Origin: Betaproteobacteria bacterium
Lineage (GTDB): Bacteria; Pseudomonadota; Gammaproteobacteria; Burkholderiales; SG8-39
Direction of reading: 5' to 3'
Length of the DNA stretch: 64,000 bases
Assembly (NCBI GenBank): GCA_052387375.1
Contig: JBQTJF010000082.1
Location: 2,467 to 66,466 of the forward strand
Below the pieces are notes generated by a model. The model was not told the origin of the DNA and ran no database searches. It saw only the letters and a program-made list of their open reading frames with translations. Of this stretch, positions 1 to 10,667 are shown piece after piece (position 1 is the first letter of the stretch; the number at the start of each line of letters is the position of its first letter). A program made the position numbers and the translations under genes.

Positions 1-1
1 C

Positions 2-127
2 GGTACCTTGGCCGGCGTGGAGATGGGCCTGGCGCTCGCCGGCGTGCCGGTGAAGAAGGAGGGCGTGCAGGCGGCGCTCGCCTATCTCGCGGAGTGCAGA
101 GCGAAGCCCGCGCGCGCCGCCGCTTGA
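2..127 (+). CDS. C-terminal fragment of an unidentified protein (5' end outside the window)
   Basis: Frame open from the window edge to TGA at 125-127 (...[37 protein letters not shown]). Third-position GC is high. No family recognised. Confidence 0.3.
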   Translation, partial: GTLAGVEMGLALAGVPVKKEGVQAALAYLAECRAKPARAAA

Positions 128-153
128 ACGTCGCCTGCTAGACTGGCCGCCCC

Positions 154-1143
154 ATGGCGACGCTTCTCGAAGTCCGCGATCTCCACACCAGCTTCCAGAC
201 CAGCGCCGGCGTAGTGCGCGCCGTCGACGGCGTCTCCTGGGACATTCAGGAAGGCGAGACGGTGGCGCTGGTCGGCGAGTCCGGGTGCGGCAAGTCGGTC
301 TCGGCCCTGAGCGTGATGCGCCTGGTGGCCGAGCCCGCGGGGCGCATCGAGTCGGGCGAGATCCTCTACAAGGAGCGGGACCTCCTCAAGCTCTCCGAGG
401 AGGAGATGCGCGGCGTGCGCGGCCGCGAGATCGGCATGATCTTCCAGGAGCCGATGACCTCGCTCAATCCGGTGCTTTCCATCGGCCGCCAGCTCACCGA
501 GGGTCTCGAGATCCACATGAAGATGGCGCCGCGCGAGGCGCAGGCGCGCGCGGTGGAGCTGCTCGGCATGGTGGGTATCCCCGATCCGGCGCGGCGGCTC
601 GCCCAGTACCCGCATCACTTCAGCGGCGGCATGCGCCAGCGCATGATGATCGCCATGGCGCTCGCCTGCAATCCGTCGCTCATCCTCGCCGACGAGCCGA
701 CCACCGCGCTCGACGTGACGATCCAGGCGCAGATCCTGGAGCTGATGAAGGACCTCGCGCAGCGCCTGGGCGTGGCGATGCTGATCATCACCCACAACCT
801 CGGCGTGGTGGCGCGCTATGCCGACCGGGTGAACGTCATGTACGCCGGGCGCATCATCGAGCAGGCGAGCGCAGCCGAGCTGTACGCCAACCCCCGCCAC
901 CCCTACACGCTCGGCCTGCTGCGCTCGGTGCCGCGCCTCGACGAGCCGCGCCGCGCGCGCCTGGCGCCGATCGAGGGACAGCCGCCGGACCTGACGCGCC
1001 TGCCGCGCGGCTGCGCCTTCTCGCCGCGCTGCGCCTTCCGCGTCGAGCGCTGCACCGAGGCGCCGCCGCTGCACGCGCTCGACGCCGGGCACCGCTCGGC
1101 GTGCTGGGAATGCGAGCGCCTGATGAAGGAGGCCGCGGCGTGA
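154..1143 (+). CDS. Peptide ABC transporter ATP-binding protein (DppD/OppD-like)
   Basis: 329 aa. Walker [12 protein letters not shown] signature FSGGMRQR, Walker [14 protein letters not shown]-terminal oligopeptide-type extension with CAFSPRC motif. Confidence 0.92.
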   Translation: MATLLEVRDLHTSFQTSAGVVRAVDGVSWDIQEGETVALVGESGCGKSVSALSVMRLVAEPAGRIESGEILYKERDLLKLSEEEMRGVRGREIGMIFQEPMTSLNPVLSIGRQLTEGLEIHMKMAPREAQARAVELLGMVGIPDPARRLAQYPHHFSGGMRQRMMIAMALACNPSLILADEPTTALDVTIQAQILELMKDLAQRLGVAMLIITHNLGVVARYADRVNVMYAGRIIEQASAAELYANPRHPYTLGLLRSVPRLDEPRRARLAPIEGQPPDLTRLPRGCAFSPRCAFRVERCTEAPPLHALDAGHRSACWECERLMKEAAA

Positions 1144-2114
1144 GCGAGGTGCTGCTCGAGGTCCGCAACCTCGTCAAGCACTTCGAGGTCGGCGCAGGCT
1201 TTCTCGGCCGCTCGCACGGCACGGTGCGCGCCATCGACGGCATCAGCTTCACCCTGCGCCGCGGCGAGACGCTCGGCCTGGTCGGCGAATCCGGATGCGG
1301 CAAGACCACCACCGGGCGCTGCATCCTGCAGCTCGAGCGGCCGACGAGCGGCCAGATCATCTTCGAAGGCGCCGACCTCGCCAAGCATTCGGAGCAGCAG
1401 CTGCGCGTGCTGCGGCGGCATATGCAGGTCATTTTCCAGGACCCTTATTCGTCGCTCAATCCGCGCATGACCATCGGCCAGATGCTCGCCGAGCCGCTCA
1501 AGGTGCATGGCATTGTCAGGGAAAAGCGCGCGCGCACCGAGCGCGTGCGCGAGCTGCTCGCGCAGGTCGGCCTGCTGCCGCAGCATGCCGAGCGCTATCC
1601 GCACCAGCTCTCCGGCGGCCAGCGCCAGCGCGTCGGCATCGCGCGCGCGCTGGCGATGGAGCCCTCGCTCATCATCTGCGACGAGCCGGTGTCGGCGCTC
1701 GACGTGTCGATCCAGGCGCAGATCATCAATCTCCTGGAGGAGCTGCAGAGCCGGCTCGGCCTCACTTACCTCTTCATCGCCCACGACCTCTCGGTGGTGC
1801 GCCATATCTCCGACCGCGTCGTGGTCATGTACCTCGGCAGGATCGCCGAGGTGGCCGACCGCCAGGCGCTGTACGAGGCGCCGGTCCATCCCTATACCCG
1901 GGCGCTGCTGTCCGCGGTGCCGATCCCCGACCCGAAGCTCGAGTCCCGCCGCGAGCGCACCGTGCTGCGCGGGGAAGTGCCCAGCCCCCTCACACCGCCA
2001 GGGGGGTGCGTGTTCCACCCGCGCTGCCCGATCGCCGAGGCGCGCTGCAGTGCGGAAATCCCGGCGCTGCGCGAAATCCGGCCCGGGCACTGGGGAGCGT
2101 GTCATCTCGCTTGA
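1140..2114 (+). CDS. Peptide ABC transporter ATP-binding protein (DppF/OppF-like)
   Basis: GTG start at 1140 overlaps the upstream stop (GTGA). [15 protein letters not shown]..., Walker [10 protein letters not shown], signature LSGGQRQR, Walker [12 protein letters not shown]. The long N-terminal extension of track ORF 285..2114 was discarded. Confidence 0.92.
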   Translation: MSEVLLEVRNLVKHFEVGAGFLGRSHGTVRAIDGISFTLRRGETLGLVGESGCGKTTTGRCILQLERPTSGQIIFEGADLAKHSEQQLRVLRRHMQVIFQDPYSSLNPRMTIGQMLAEPLKVHGIVREKRARTERVRELLAQVGLLPQHAERYPHQLSGGQRQRVGIARALAMEPSLIICDEPVSALDVSIQAQIINLLEELQSRLGLTYLFIAHDLSVVRHISDRVVVMYLGRIAEVADRQALYEAPVHPYTRALLSAVPIPDPKLESRRERTVLRGEVPSPLTPPGGCVFHPRCPIAEARCSAEIPALREIRPGHWGACHLA

Positions 2115-2139
2115 CAGGTCATAGTTCACGCCCTTAACT
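2111..2139 (+). promoter_or_regulatory. Candidate sigma-70 promoter for the binding-protein/permease genes
   Basis: TTGACA (2111-2116), 17-nt spacer, TTAACT (2134-2139), lying in the 89-nt gap before the SBP gene. The -10 element is weak. Confidence 0.25.
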
Positions 2140-2203
2140 AGCGGGCAAATCGAAGGGCCTCCCATGCCGGGGCCTCACCACAACTTTCAGGAGGAGGTGC
2201 GAC

Positions 2204-3793
2204 ATGAAATTGCTCGCGCGCGTTTTCGCGCTCGCGGTGGCCGCGGTGCTTGCCCTGCCCGGCCTTGTCCAGGCGCAAAAGAACGGCGGGGAGCTGGTGT
2301 TCCCAGTGCCCTCCGAGCCGCCCTCGTATGACGGACACCGGGAGGAAACCTTCGGTCTCATCCACCCATTCGCGCCGTTCTACAACACGCTGCTGCGCGT
2401 CGATCCGAACGACAAGGGCGGCACCAAGCCCTACCCGTCGATCGCGGAAAGCTGGGCCGCATCGCAGGACGGCAAGACCTACACCTTCAAGCTGCGCCAG
2501 GGCGTGAAGTTCCACGACGGCTCGGACCTGACGTCGCGGGACGTGAAGGCCTCCTACGACAAGATCATCTTCCCGCCGCCGGGCGTCGGCTCGACACGCA
2601 AAGGCCAGTACGCGGTGGTGGAGAAGATCGAGGCGCCCAACGCCACGACCGTGGTGTTCCGCCTGAAGCAGCCCTCGGGCTCGTTCATCGCTTCGCTGCT
2701 CTCGCCGTACAACTTCATCTACAAGGCGGACATCCTCGCCAAGGATCCGCACTGGTACGAGAAGAACATCATGGGTAGCGGCCCGTTCACCTTCGTCGAG
2801 CACGTCAAGGGCTCGCACGTGGTGGGCAAGAAGAATCCCAGCTACTGGGACAAGGGCAAGCCCTATCTCGACGGCTTCCGCGCCATCTTCATGAGTTCGT
2901 CGTCCGCCCAGGTGGCTGCCGTGCGCGGCGAGCGGGCGCACATCCAGTTCCGCGGCTTCACGCCGAAGGACCGCGACACGCTCAAGGAAGCGCTCGGCGA
3001 CAAGATCACGGTGCAGGAGTCAGCGTGGGATTGCATCCTGCTGGCCGCCATCAACCACGAGAAGAAACCCTTCGACGACAAGCGGGTGCGCCGCGCGCTG
3101 ACGCTCGCGCTCGACCGGCATACCGGCTCGAAGGCGCTGTCGCAGATCGCCATCGTGAAGGAAGTGGCCGGCGTGCAGGTGCCCGGCACGCCCTTCGCCA
3201 CGCCGCCGGAAGAGCTGAACAAGCTCGCCGGCTACTGGACCGATGCCGCGAAGTCGCGCGCGGAGGCAAAGAAGCTGCTCAGGGATGCTGGCGTGCCCGA
3301 CGGCTTCTCGTTCACGTTCAAGAACCGCGGCATCCCGATGCCCTACGAGCCGCTCGCCGTGTGGATGATCGACCAGTGGCGCCAGGTCGGCCTCAACGTC
3401 AAGCAGGAGGTGATCGAGGGCGCGGCCTACTTCGGCGTCATCCGCAAGGGCGACTACGAGGTGGCGATGGATTTCCAGTGCGGCTACATCGTCGAGCCGG
3501 ACCTCGACATGTACAAGTTCCTGTCGAGCGACCGCAGCCCGGCGAACTACGGGCGCTACAAGGACCCGGTGCTCGACGCGCTCTACGACCAGCAGAGCCG
3601 CGAGACCAACGTCGAGAAGCGCAAGCAGCTCGTACGCCAGTTCGAGAAGCGGCTGCTCGACGAGGAAGCGCACTACCTCATGACCCTGCAGTGGAACCGC
3701 ATCGTTCCGCACTCCTCCAAAGTGAAGGGCTGGACGATCACGCCGAGCCACTACCTCAACAACACGCTCGACACGGTCTGGCTCGACCAGTGA
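2204..3793 (+). CDS. ABC transporter substrate-binding protein, family 5 (DppA/OppA-like)
   Basis: 529 aa. Signal peptide MKLLARVFALAVAAVLALPGLVQA. Strong SD (AGGAGGAGG) upstream. Family-5 SBP-like sequence, located between peptide ATPases and permeases. Confidence 0.9.
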   Translation: MKLLARVFALAVAAVLALPGLVQAQKNGGELVFPVPSEPPSYDGHREETFGLIHPFAPFYNTLLRVDPNDKGGTKPYPSIAESWAASQDGKTYTFKLRQGVKFHDGSDLTSRDVKASYDKIIFPPPGVGSTRKGQYAVVEKIEAPNATTVVFRLKQPSGSFIASLLSPYNFIYKADILAKDPHWYEKNIMGSGPFTFVEHVKGSHVVGKKNPSYWDKGKPYLDGFRAIFMSSSSAQVAAVRGERAHIQFRGFTPKDRDTLKEALGDKITVQESAWDCILLAAINHEKKPFDDKRVRRALTLALDRHTGSKALSQIAIVKEVAGVQVPGTPFATPPEELNKLAGYWTDAAKSRAEAKKLLRDAGVPDGFSFTFKNRGIPMPYEPLAVWMIDQWRQVGLNVKQEVIEGAAYFGVIRKGDYEVAMDFQCGYIVEPDLDMYKFLSSDRSPANYGRYKDPVLDALYDQQSRETNVEKRKQLVRQFEKRLLDEEAHYLMTLQWNRIVPHSSKVKGWTITPSHYLNNTLDTVWLDQ

Positions 3794-3848
3794 GCGGGCG
3801 CCTCACCGCCGGCGGTGCGCGCTTGCGCGCCGCCGGCGCTGCTGCGTA

Positions 3849-4805
3849 ATGGGCTTCTACATCCTGAAGCGGCTGCTCGCCATGATCCCGACGCTGTTCG
3901 GGGTCGCGGTGCTGATCTTCATCCTGCTGCGCGTCGTCCCAGGCGATGTCGTCGAAGCCCGCTTCCTGACCCAGGGCAGCCAGTTCCAGTCGCAGGATCT
4001 GATGGACCTCGAGCGCAAGAAGCTCGGCCTCGACCAGCCGCTGTGGAAGCAGTTCACCACCTGGATGGGCGGGCTCGCGCGGCTGGATTTCGGCCTTTCG
4101 ATGTGGACGGGCGCGCCGATCACCGAGGAGATCAAGCTGCGTTTCGCGCTGTCCCTGCAGCTCGCCATCATGGCGAGCACCATCGCTACCCTGCTCGCCA
4201 TCCCGCTGGGCATCCTGGCCGCCATCAAGCAGGATACGTGGGTGGACTACGCGGTGCGCGTGTTCTCGATCGCCGGGCTCGCCATGCCCTCGTTCTGGCT
4301 CGGCATCCTGATGATTCTGACCATGCTGATCGTCTTCAAGTGGCTGCCGCCGATGGTGTTCACGCCGCTGTGGGTCAATCCCTGGGAGAACCTTGCGCAG
4401 CTCATCTGGCCCGCGCTCGCGGTGGGGTACCGCTATTCCGCGGTGGGCACGCGCATGATGCGCTCGGCGATGCTCGAGGTACTGCGCGAGGACTATATCC
4501 GCACCGCGCGCGCCAAGGGGCTGTGGCTGAAGCTGATCCTCTCGCGCCATGCGCTGAAGAACGCGATCCTGCCGGTGCTCACGATCATCAGCCTCGAGTT
4601 CGCGTTTCTGCTCGGGGGGCTGGTGGTGACCGAGCAGGTCTTCAACCTGAACGGCCTGGGAATGCTGTTCGTCGAGAGCATCGCCCGGCGCGACTACACG
4701 CTCATCCAGGCGCTCGTCATGCTCGTGGCCACGACCTTCCTGTTCGTCAACTTCCTGGTCGACATCGCCTACGCCTGGCTCGACCCGCGCATCCGGTATC
4801 GCTAG
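3849..4805 (+). CDS. ABC transporter permease (DppB/OppB-like)
   Basis: 318 aa, multi-TM. Typical start MGFYILKRLLAMIPTLFGV and the EAA-loop region of BPD permeases. Confidence 0.9.
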   Translation: MGFYILKRLLAMIPTLFGVAVLIFILLRVVPGDVVEARFLTQGSQFQSQDLMDLERKKLGLDQPLWKQFTTWMGGLARLDFGLSMWTGAPITEEIKLRFALSLQLAIMASTIATLLAIPLGILAAIKQDTWVDYAVRVFSIAGLAMPSFWLGILMILTMLIVFKWLPPMVFTPLWVNPWENLAQLIWPALAVGYRYSAVGTRMMRSAMLEVLREDYIRTARAKGLWLKLILSRHALKNAILPVLTIISLEFAFLLGGLVVTEQVFNLNGLGMLFVESIARRDYTLIQALVMLVATTFLFVNFLVDIAYAWLDPRIRYR

Positions 4806-4807
4806 CC

Positions 4808-5707
4808 ATGGCCGTCACGCCGCGCACCGTAGAGGAACTGACCCGAGCCGAGAGGCCGCGCTCGCGCTGGATCGGCGTGGTGCTGCATTTCGTCCGCCGT
4901 CGGCCGCTCGGCGCCGTTGGCGGCTTGATCATCGTGGTGATGGCGGTGGTGGCGGCGACGGCGGGGCTGATTGCGCCCTACGATCCGCTCGCGACCGACT
5001 ATGCGGCGATGCTGGCGGCGCCCGACGCCGGCCACTGGCTCGGCACCGATGCCTACGGCCGTGATGTGCTCTCGCGCATCATCTACGGTTCGCGCACCGC
5101 GCTGATGGTCGGCCTGGGGGCATCGGCCATTGGCGCCACGCTAGGCGCGGTGATCGGCGTCGCGAGCGCCTACTTCGGCGGCCGGGTGGACCTGGTCGTG
5201 CAGCGCGTCATGGATGTGTTCTTCGCTTTTCCCGTGATCATCCTTGCGCTCGCGGTCGTCGCGATCCTTGGCACCGGGCTCGGCAACGTGATCCTCGCCA
5301 TCGCCACGCCGATGGTGCCGCGCTGCGCGCGCGTGGTGCGCTCGAGCGCGCTCTCGGTGCGGGAGATGCCGTATGTCGACGCCGCCCGCGCCGCCGGTTT
5401 CGGGCACCGACGCATCATCCTGCGCCACATGCTGCCGAACGTGATGGCGCCGCTGCTCATCATGGCGACGGCGTTCCTCGGCGAGGCAATTCTGCTCGAG
5501 GCCTCGCTGTCGTTCCTCGGCCTGGGCGTGCAGGAGCCGATCGCCGCCTGGGGCCTGATGCTGCGCGGCGCGGCAGTGGAATTCGCGGAGACCGCGCCGT
5601 GGATGGCGATCTTCCCCGGGCTCGCCATCAGCCTCGGCGTATTCGGCTTCAACCTGTTCGGCGACTCGCTGCGCGACGCGCTCGATCCGCGCCTGCGCAC
5701 TCAGTAA
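4808..5707 (+). CDS. ABC transporter permease (DppC/OppC-like)
   Basis: ATG at 4808, 3 nt after the upstream stop. 299 aa, multi-TM. N-terminal DppC-type region (...APYDPLATDYAAML..GHWLGTDAYGRDVLSRIIYGSR). Confidence 0.9.
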   Translation: MAVTPRTVEELTRAERPRSRWIGVVLHFVRRRPLGAVGGLIIVVMAVVAATAGLIAPYDPLATDYAAMLAAPDAGHWLGTDAYGRDVLSRIIYGSRTALMVGLGASAIGATLGAVIGVASAYFGGRVDLVVQRVMDVFFAFPVIILALAVVAILGTGLGNVILAIATPMVPRCARVVRSSALSVREMPYVDAARAAGFGHRRIILRHMLPNVMAPLLIMATAFLGEAILLEASLSFLGLGVQEPIAAWGLMLRGAAVEFAETAPWMAIFPGLAISLGVFGFNLFGDSLRDALDPRLRTQ

Positions 5708-5711
5708 GTCT

Positions 5712-6935
5712 TCAGATCGCCCCGGCGGCGCGCAGCCTGCCGATCTCTTGGTCGTCGCAGCCGAGCAGGCCGCGCAGCACCTCTTCGGTGTGCTCCCCGA
5801 GCAGCGGCGGTGGGGTGCCGTGCTCGACCGGCGTGGCGGAGAAGCGCATCGGGCTTCGCACCAGCGCGACCTTGCCGCCCGCCGGGTGCGGCAGCTCGAA
5901 GCGCAGGCCGCGCGCGATCGCCTGCGGCTCGCGGAATACCTCCTCGAGCGTATTGATCGGCCCGTTAGGCACGCCGGCCGCCTCGAGCGCCTCGACCCAT
6001 TGCCGCGTCGTGCGCCGCTCGATGAGCGGGCCGATGATCGCGTCCAGCGCGGATCGGTTCTCGACGCGCCCGGCGTTGGCCGCGAAGCGTGGGTCCTTGG
6101 CCAGCTCGGGGCAGTGCGCGACCTCGCAGAACTTGCCGAACAGGTTGTCGTTGCCGCAGGCAATGATCACGGCGCCGTCGGCCGTGCGGTAGGCGCCGTA
6201 GGGCACGATGTTCGGATGCGCGTTGCCCAGCCGCCGCGGCGAGACGCCGGTGGCGAGGTAGTTGGCCGCCTGGTTGGCGAGCACCGCGACCTGGGTGTCG
6301 AAAAGCGCCAGGTCGAGGTGTTGACCCTTCCCGGTTTGCGCGCGGTGCACGAGCGCGGCGCACACCGCGACCGTCGCGTACATGCCGGTCATGATGTCGG
6401 CGATCGGCATGCCCGCCTTCTGCGGCCCGCCGCCCGGAAGATCGTCGCGCTCCCCCGTGATGCTCATCATGCCGGCCATGCCCTGGATCATGAAGTCGTA
6501 GCCCGGCCGGTCGCGGTACGGGCCGCTGTGGCCGAAGCCGGTCACGGAGCAGTACACCAGACCGGGGTTGCGCTCGGCGAGCGGCGCATAGCCGAGGCCG
6601 TAGCGCTCCAGGTCGCCGAACTTGTAGTTCTCCAGCAGCACGTCGCTCTTCGCGGCGAGCTCGCGCACGATGCGCTGTCCCTCGGGCTTGGCCAGGTTGA
6701 CCGTGACCGATTTCTTGCCGCGGTTGGCACAGGCGAAGTACGCCGATTCGCGCGTCTCCTTGCCGCTCGCGTCCCTGAGCCACGGCGGCCCGAAGGCGCG
6801 CGAATCGTCGCCGCTGCCCGGCCGCTCGACCTTGATCACCTCGGCGCCGAGGTCGGCCAGGTTCTGCCCGGTCCACGGCGCCGCAAGGACGCGCGACAGG
6901 TCAAGCACGCGAATGCCGGCGAGGGGGCCGCTCAT
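5712..6935 (-). CDS. Family III CoA-transferase (CaiB/BaiF family)
   Basis: 407 aa. N-terminus GIRVLDLSRVLAAPWTGQNLADLGAEVIKVERP is typical of the family. Start overlaps the upstream gene stop by 4 nt. Confidence 0.88.
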   Translation of the reverse strand: MSGPLAGIRVLDLSRVLAAPWTGQNLADLGAEVIKVERPGSGDDSRAFGPPWLRDASGKETRESAYFACANRGKKSVTVNLAKPEGQRIVRELAAKSDVLLENYKFGDLERYGLGYAPLAERNPGLVYCSVTGFGHSGPYRDRPGYDFMIQGMAGMMSITGERDDLPGGGPQKAGMPIADIMTGMYATVAVCAALVHRAQTGKGQHLDLALFDTQVAVLANQAANYLATGVSPRRLGNAHPNIVPYGAYRTADGAVIIACGNDNLFGKFCEVAHCPELAKDPRFAANAGRVENRSALDAIIGPLIERRTTRQWVEALEAAGVPNGPINTLEEVFREPQAIARGLRFELPHPAGGKVALVRSPMRFSATPVEHGTPPPLLGEHTEEVLRGLLGCDDQEIGRLRAAGAI

Positions 6936-7705
6936 CGCAGCAGATGATAGACCAGCTCGGCGAAGCCGCCGCCCGCCTCGGCTTGCGTGACGAACTTCGG
7001 CGCCGCGGCAAGTCGCCCGGCGAAACGCCGCACGTTGGCGACGCCGACCGAGTTCTCGAAGAAGGCGAACATCGGCGCGTCGTTCGGCGAGTCGCCGACG
7101 AAAACGACGCGGCGGTTCGCCGCGTCGAGCTCAAGGCCGAAGCGCTCCGCGAACAGCTGGCGCGTCATGGCGAGCTTGTCGTAGTCGCCGAACCAGCCGT
7201 TCACGTGGATCGAGCTGATGCGCGCCGTGAGCCCTGCTTCGCGCATCATCCCGGCGATGCGCTCCGCGGCCTCGAGCGGCAGCGCGGACACGTCCTCGCA
7301 GTAATCGATGGCGAGGTCGGTCTCGCGGTAAGGCTGGTCGGAGGCGATGGCGCATCCGGGCACCGCGGCGAGGATCGCCGCGGCGATGGCGTCCAGGCGC
7401 GAGCGCTTCGCCGCGCGCGCAGCGGCGTCCTCCCGGAAGCGCTTCTCCAGCCTGCCATCGGCGAAGGCGAAATAGAAAGCGCCGTTTTCGCCCACCACCG
7501 CGTCGACAGGCCACATGCGCGCAATGTGATCGCACCAGCCCCCCGGCCGGCCCGTGACGGCGACCACGCGTTTGCCGGCGCGCTTGAGCCGCTCCAGGGC
7601 GCCATAGGCGCCGGCGGTCAGCTTGCCGCCGGTGGTCAGCGTGTCGTCGAGGTCGAAAAGCAGCGCGCCGACTTCGCGGGCGTCGAGCTCGGCGAGCGGC
7701 CTCAT
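6932..7705 (-). CDS. HAD-superfamily hydrolase (subfamily IIB-like phosphatase)
   Basis: Chosen start ATG at 7703-7705 overlaps the glpD stop (ATGA). Motif I FDLDDTLT, motif IV GDSPNDAPMF. The upstream extension in the track ORF lies inside glpD. Confidence 0.75.
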   Translation of the reverse strand: MRPLAELDAREVGALLFDLDDTLTTGGKLTAGAYGALERLKRAGKRVVAVTGRPGGWCDHIARMWPVDAVVGENGAFYFAFADGRLEKRFREDAAARAAKRSRLDAIAAAILAAVPGCAIASDQPYRETDLAIDYCEDVSALPLEAAERIAGMMREAGLTARISSIHVNGWFGDYDKLAMTRQLFAERFGLELDAANRRVVFVGDSPNDAPMFAFFENSVGVANVRRFAGRLAAAPKFVTQAEAGGGFAELVYHLLR

Positions 7706-9159
7706 CTGCCCATCACCTGCACCACGCGCTCGCGCTCGGCGGCGCTCATGTGCAGGCCGCACTTGGTCCGGCGCCATAGGACGTCCTCGGCGCTGCGCGC
7801 CCATTCACGCTCGCGGAAGTAGCGCAGTTCACGCTCGGTGAGGCCGGCGCCGTAGTGCTCTCCCAGCTTGCCGTCGCCGACCACATCGCCGGCGAGCGCG
7901 CCATGGCGGCGGAAGATGCCGCGCAGCCAGGCGCGCGGCAGGTCGCGATGGCGCTCGAAGAAGGCGGCCTGCGCGCTCGTACGGCTCGGGAAAGCGCTGC
8001 CGGCGAGCGGCGCGCCGGCGGTCCATGCGGCCTTCATGCCCCCGAAGTACGGCGCCAGCTTCTCGAGCGCCTGCTCGGCGAGGCGCCGGTAGGTGGTGAT
8101 CTTGCCGCCGAACACCGACAGCACTGGCGCGGCGCCTTTCTCGTCGTCGAGGCGCAGCGTGTAGTCCCGCGTGACCGCCGACGGATCCGCCGACCCGTCG
8201 TCGTAGAGCGGCCGCACGCCGGCGTAGCGCCAGAGCACTTCCTGCGCGGTCACGCGGCGGGCGAGATAGCGGCTCGCTGCCCGGCACAGGTAGTCCACCT
8301 CCGCTTCGCTCGCCCGGGCGTCGACATGATCCACCTCGAGGGCGACGTCGGTGGTGCCGACGAGCGTAAAGCGCTCCTCGTAGGGGATCATGAAAACGAC
8401 GCGCCGGTCGTCGTTCTGCAGGATGAAGGCGTGCTCGCCCTCGTAGAGCCGCGGCACGACGATGTGGCTGCCGCGCACCAGGCGCACGGCATCGGCGCTC
8501 GGCTGGCCGAGGCGCTCGTTCAGCACCTGCTTTACCCAAGGGCCGGCGGCGTTGACAAGGGCGCGCGCACGCAGCTCCTCCCCCGAGGAAAGGCGTACGC
8601 GCCAGCTGCCCTGATCGCGCCGGGCCTGCGTGCATTCGGTGCCGACCAGCACGCGCGCGCCGCGGGCGGCGGCGTCAACGGCGTTGGCAATGACGAGCCG
8701 CGCGTCGTCGACGCGGCAGTCGGAGTAGGCAAAGCCGTGCTTGAGCGACGGCGCCAGTCCCGACGCGTACGGCGGCGCGTCGAGCCGCACGGCGCGCGAC
8801 CCGGGGAGGAGCGAGCGGCGCGCCAGGTGGTCGTAGAGGAAGAGGCCGGCACGGATCACCCAGCGCGGCCGCAGCTCGGGCACGTGCGGCATGACGAAGG
8901 TGAGCGGCCAGGCCAGGTGCCCGGCTACGCGCAGCAGGATCTCGCGCTCGGCGAGCGCCTCGGCCACCAGCCGGAATTCGTAGAGCTCCAGGTAGCGCAG
9001 GCCGCCGTGGATCAGCTTGGAGGACGCCGACGAGGTCGCGCCGGCGAGGTCGGCGCGCTCGACCAGAACGACCGACAGGCCGCGGCCGGCGGCGTCGCGC
9101 GCGATGCCGGCGCCGTTCACGCCGCCGCCGATGACGAGCAGGTCGCAGCTCACTTCCAT
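7702..9159 (-). CDS. glpD: FAD-dependent glycerol-3-phosphate dehydrogenase (GlpD-like)
   Basis: 485 aa. N-terminal dinucleotide fold DLLVIGGGVNGAGIARDAAGRG followed by SSASSKLIHGGLRYLE, typical of GlpD. Confidence 0.87.
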   Translation of the reverse strand: MEVSCDLLVIGGGVNGAGIARDAAGRGLSVVLVERADLAGATSSASSKLIHGGLRYLELYEFRLVAEALAEREILLRVAGHLAWPLTFVMPHVPELRPRWVIRAGLFLYDHLARRSLLPGSRAVRLDAPPYASGLAPSLKHGFAYSDCRVDDARLVIANAVDAAARGARVLVGTECTQARRDQGSWRVRLSSGEELRARALVNAAGPWVKQVLNERLGQPSADAVRLVRGSHIVVPRLYEGEHAFILQNDDRRVVFMIPYEERFTLVGTTDVALEVDHVDARASEAEVDYLCRAASRYLARRVTAQEVLWRYAGVRPLYDDGSADPSAVTRDYTLRLDDEKGAAPVLSVFGGKITTYRRLAEQALEKLAPYFGGMKAAWTAGAPLAGSAFPSRTSAQAAFFERHRDLPRAWLRGIFRRHGALAGDVVGDGKLGEHYGAGLTERELRYFREREWARSAEDVLWRRTKCGLHMSAAERERVVQVMGR

Positions 9160-10667
9160 GCCAGGGGCAGGCGCGCCGTGACGGCGACGCCGTCGCCCGT
9201 GGCGAGGTTCGCCGCCTCGATACCGCCGCCGTGGAACTCGGCGATGAGCCGCGCCACGTACAGGCCGAGGCCGAGGTGCGGCGCGCCGGCGTCGCGGCCC
9301 TCGCGCACCGATACCATGGACTCGAACAGCTGCTTGCGCATCTCGGCGGGTAGCAGCGGGCCGCGATTCGCCACGGCGAGCATGGCGCTGCCGCCCGCTT
9401 CCTCCAGCGTCACGCGGATCGGCGCGTCGCCGCGCGAGAAGTCGGCGGCGTTCTCGACCAGCTTGTCGAGGAGCTGCGCGGCGAGGTCGGGCGAGCCCTC
9501 GACCTCCATGCGCCGCGCCGGCAGCTCGAGCGCGAAGGCGGCCCGCGGGTAGGCGCTGCGGTAGCCCTCGACGCAGCCGCCGACCACGTCGCGCAGGTCG
9601 TAGCGGCTGCGCTCGACGCTCGAGAGGCTTTGCTCGAGCCGCGAGGCCTCGGTCATCCGCTCGAGGATGCGGTTGAGGCGGGCCAGCCCTTCCTCGGCGC
9701 GCTCGATGTAGCGGCGGGCGCCTTCGCCGCCGGAGGCGAGCTTCAGGTTCTCGAGCGAGGAGCGCACGACGGCCATGGGCGTGCGCAGCTCGTGCGAAAG
9801 CCGCCCCGCCATGCTCTCGAGGTAGGCGTGGTGCTGCGCCAGGCGCTCCAGCACCGCCGAGAAGCCGCGCGAGAGGTCGCCGATCTCGTCGGCGGCGCCC
9901 GAGCCCGCCGCGAGGCGTGTAATGCGGCCGCGCGCGTCGATCGCCGAGTCGGCCTCGTCGCGCAGCCGCCGGATGCGCAGCGACAGGCGCGTGGCGAAGC
10001 CGATGAGCAGGGCCGCGGCGCCGGCGAACGCCGCCAGCGTCAGCAGCAGGAGCCGCTCCATCGCCTCGCTTTTCATGGACACGATCGGGTTGGTCGTCTC
10101 CTCGGCCACCACCGCGCCGACCACTTCATCTCCGCTCCAGATCGGATGCGCCGCCGACATCACCACCGCGCGAGCGTCGAGCGTACGGCGCGTGCGCGTG
10201 GCCGGCGTGCCCTGCAAGGCCGCGGCGATGTCGCGGCTCGTGCCGAGGAGATTCTCGGGCTGCGCCTCGGCGAAGTCCTCCGTCGGGCGCTCGACCAGCC
10301 AGCCCACCGGCAGATGCCACCAGCGCCCCGCCGCGGCCGGCGCGGGCCGCTGCAGCTCCCCGGCGAGCGCCACGACCTGGTTGCCGCGGCTTACTACCCA
10401 GATGCGCGCTGAGGCGCGCTGCACGCCGAGAAGAATCGCCGCCACTTCGTCCTCGCGCGATGCCGCCGAAAGCAGCTGCGGCCGCTCGTGCAGCGCCGTC
10501 GCGACCGCGCGCGCCGTGGCGAGCAGGGTCTCCTCCTGGCCCTCCAGGAGGAAGCGCTCGACTTCGTTGACGTAGAGCATGCCCACCCAGGGCAGCGCCA
10601 GCACGACGAGCGTCAGGAGCGCGAGCTTCAGACGCAGGCCGAAACGCAGGCGCCTCAGGGCTTCCAC
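9150..10667 (-). CDS. Sensor histidine kinase (two TM segments, periplasmic domain, HAMP, HisKA, HATPase)
   Basis: GTG at 10665-10667 overlaps the response-regulator stop by 13 nt. H-box SHELRTPMAVV. ATPase G-boxes (GLGLYVARLIAEFHGG). The 3' end overlaps the glpD start by 10 nt. Confidence 0.85.
   Translation of the reverse strand: MEALRRLRFGLRLKLALLTLVVLALPWVGMLYVNEVERFLLEGQEETLLATARAVATALHERPQLLSAASREDEVAAILLGVQRASARIWVVSRGNQVVALAGELQRPAPAAAGRWWHLPVGWLVERPTEDFAEAQPENLLGTSRDIAAALQGTPATRTRRTLDARAVVMSAAHPIWSGDEVVGAVVAEETTNPIVSMKSEAMERLLLLTLAAFAGAAALLIGFATRLSLRIRRLRDEADSAIDARGRITRLAAGSGAADEIGDLSRGFSAVLERLAQHHAYLESMAGRLSHELRTPMAVVRSSLENLKLASGGEGARRYIERAEEGLARLNRILERMTEASRLEQSLSSVERSRYDLRDVVGGCVEGYRSAYPRAAFALELPARRMEVEGSPDLAAQLLDKLVENAADFSRGDAPIRVTLEEAGGSAMLAVANRGPLLPAEMRKQLFESMVSVREGRDAGAPHLGLGLYVARLIAEFHGGGIEAANLATGDGVAVTARLPLAWK

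Noticed and set aside
82-2165. Long minus-strand ORFs (82..1092, 903..2165) and the alternate-frame plus ORF 1295..2137 overlapping the ABC ATPase genes
   Set aside because: They are Arg/Ala/Pro/Gly-rich low-complexity translations that lie antisense or out of frame to strongly conserved ATPase genes. This is typical of stop-codon-poor high-GC DNA, and no family is recognisable.
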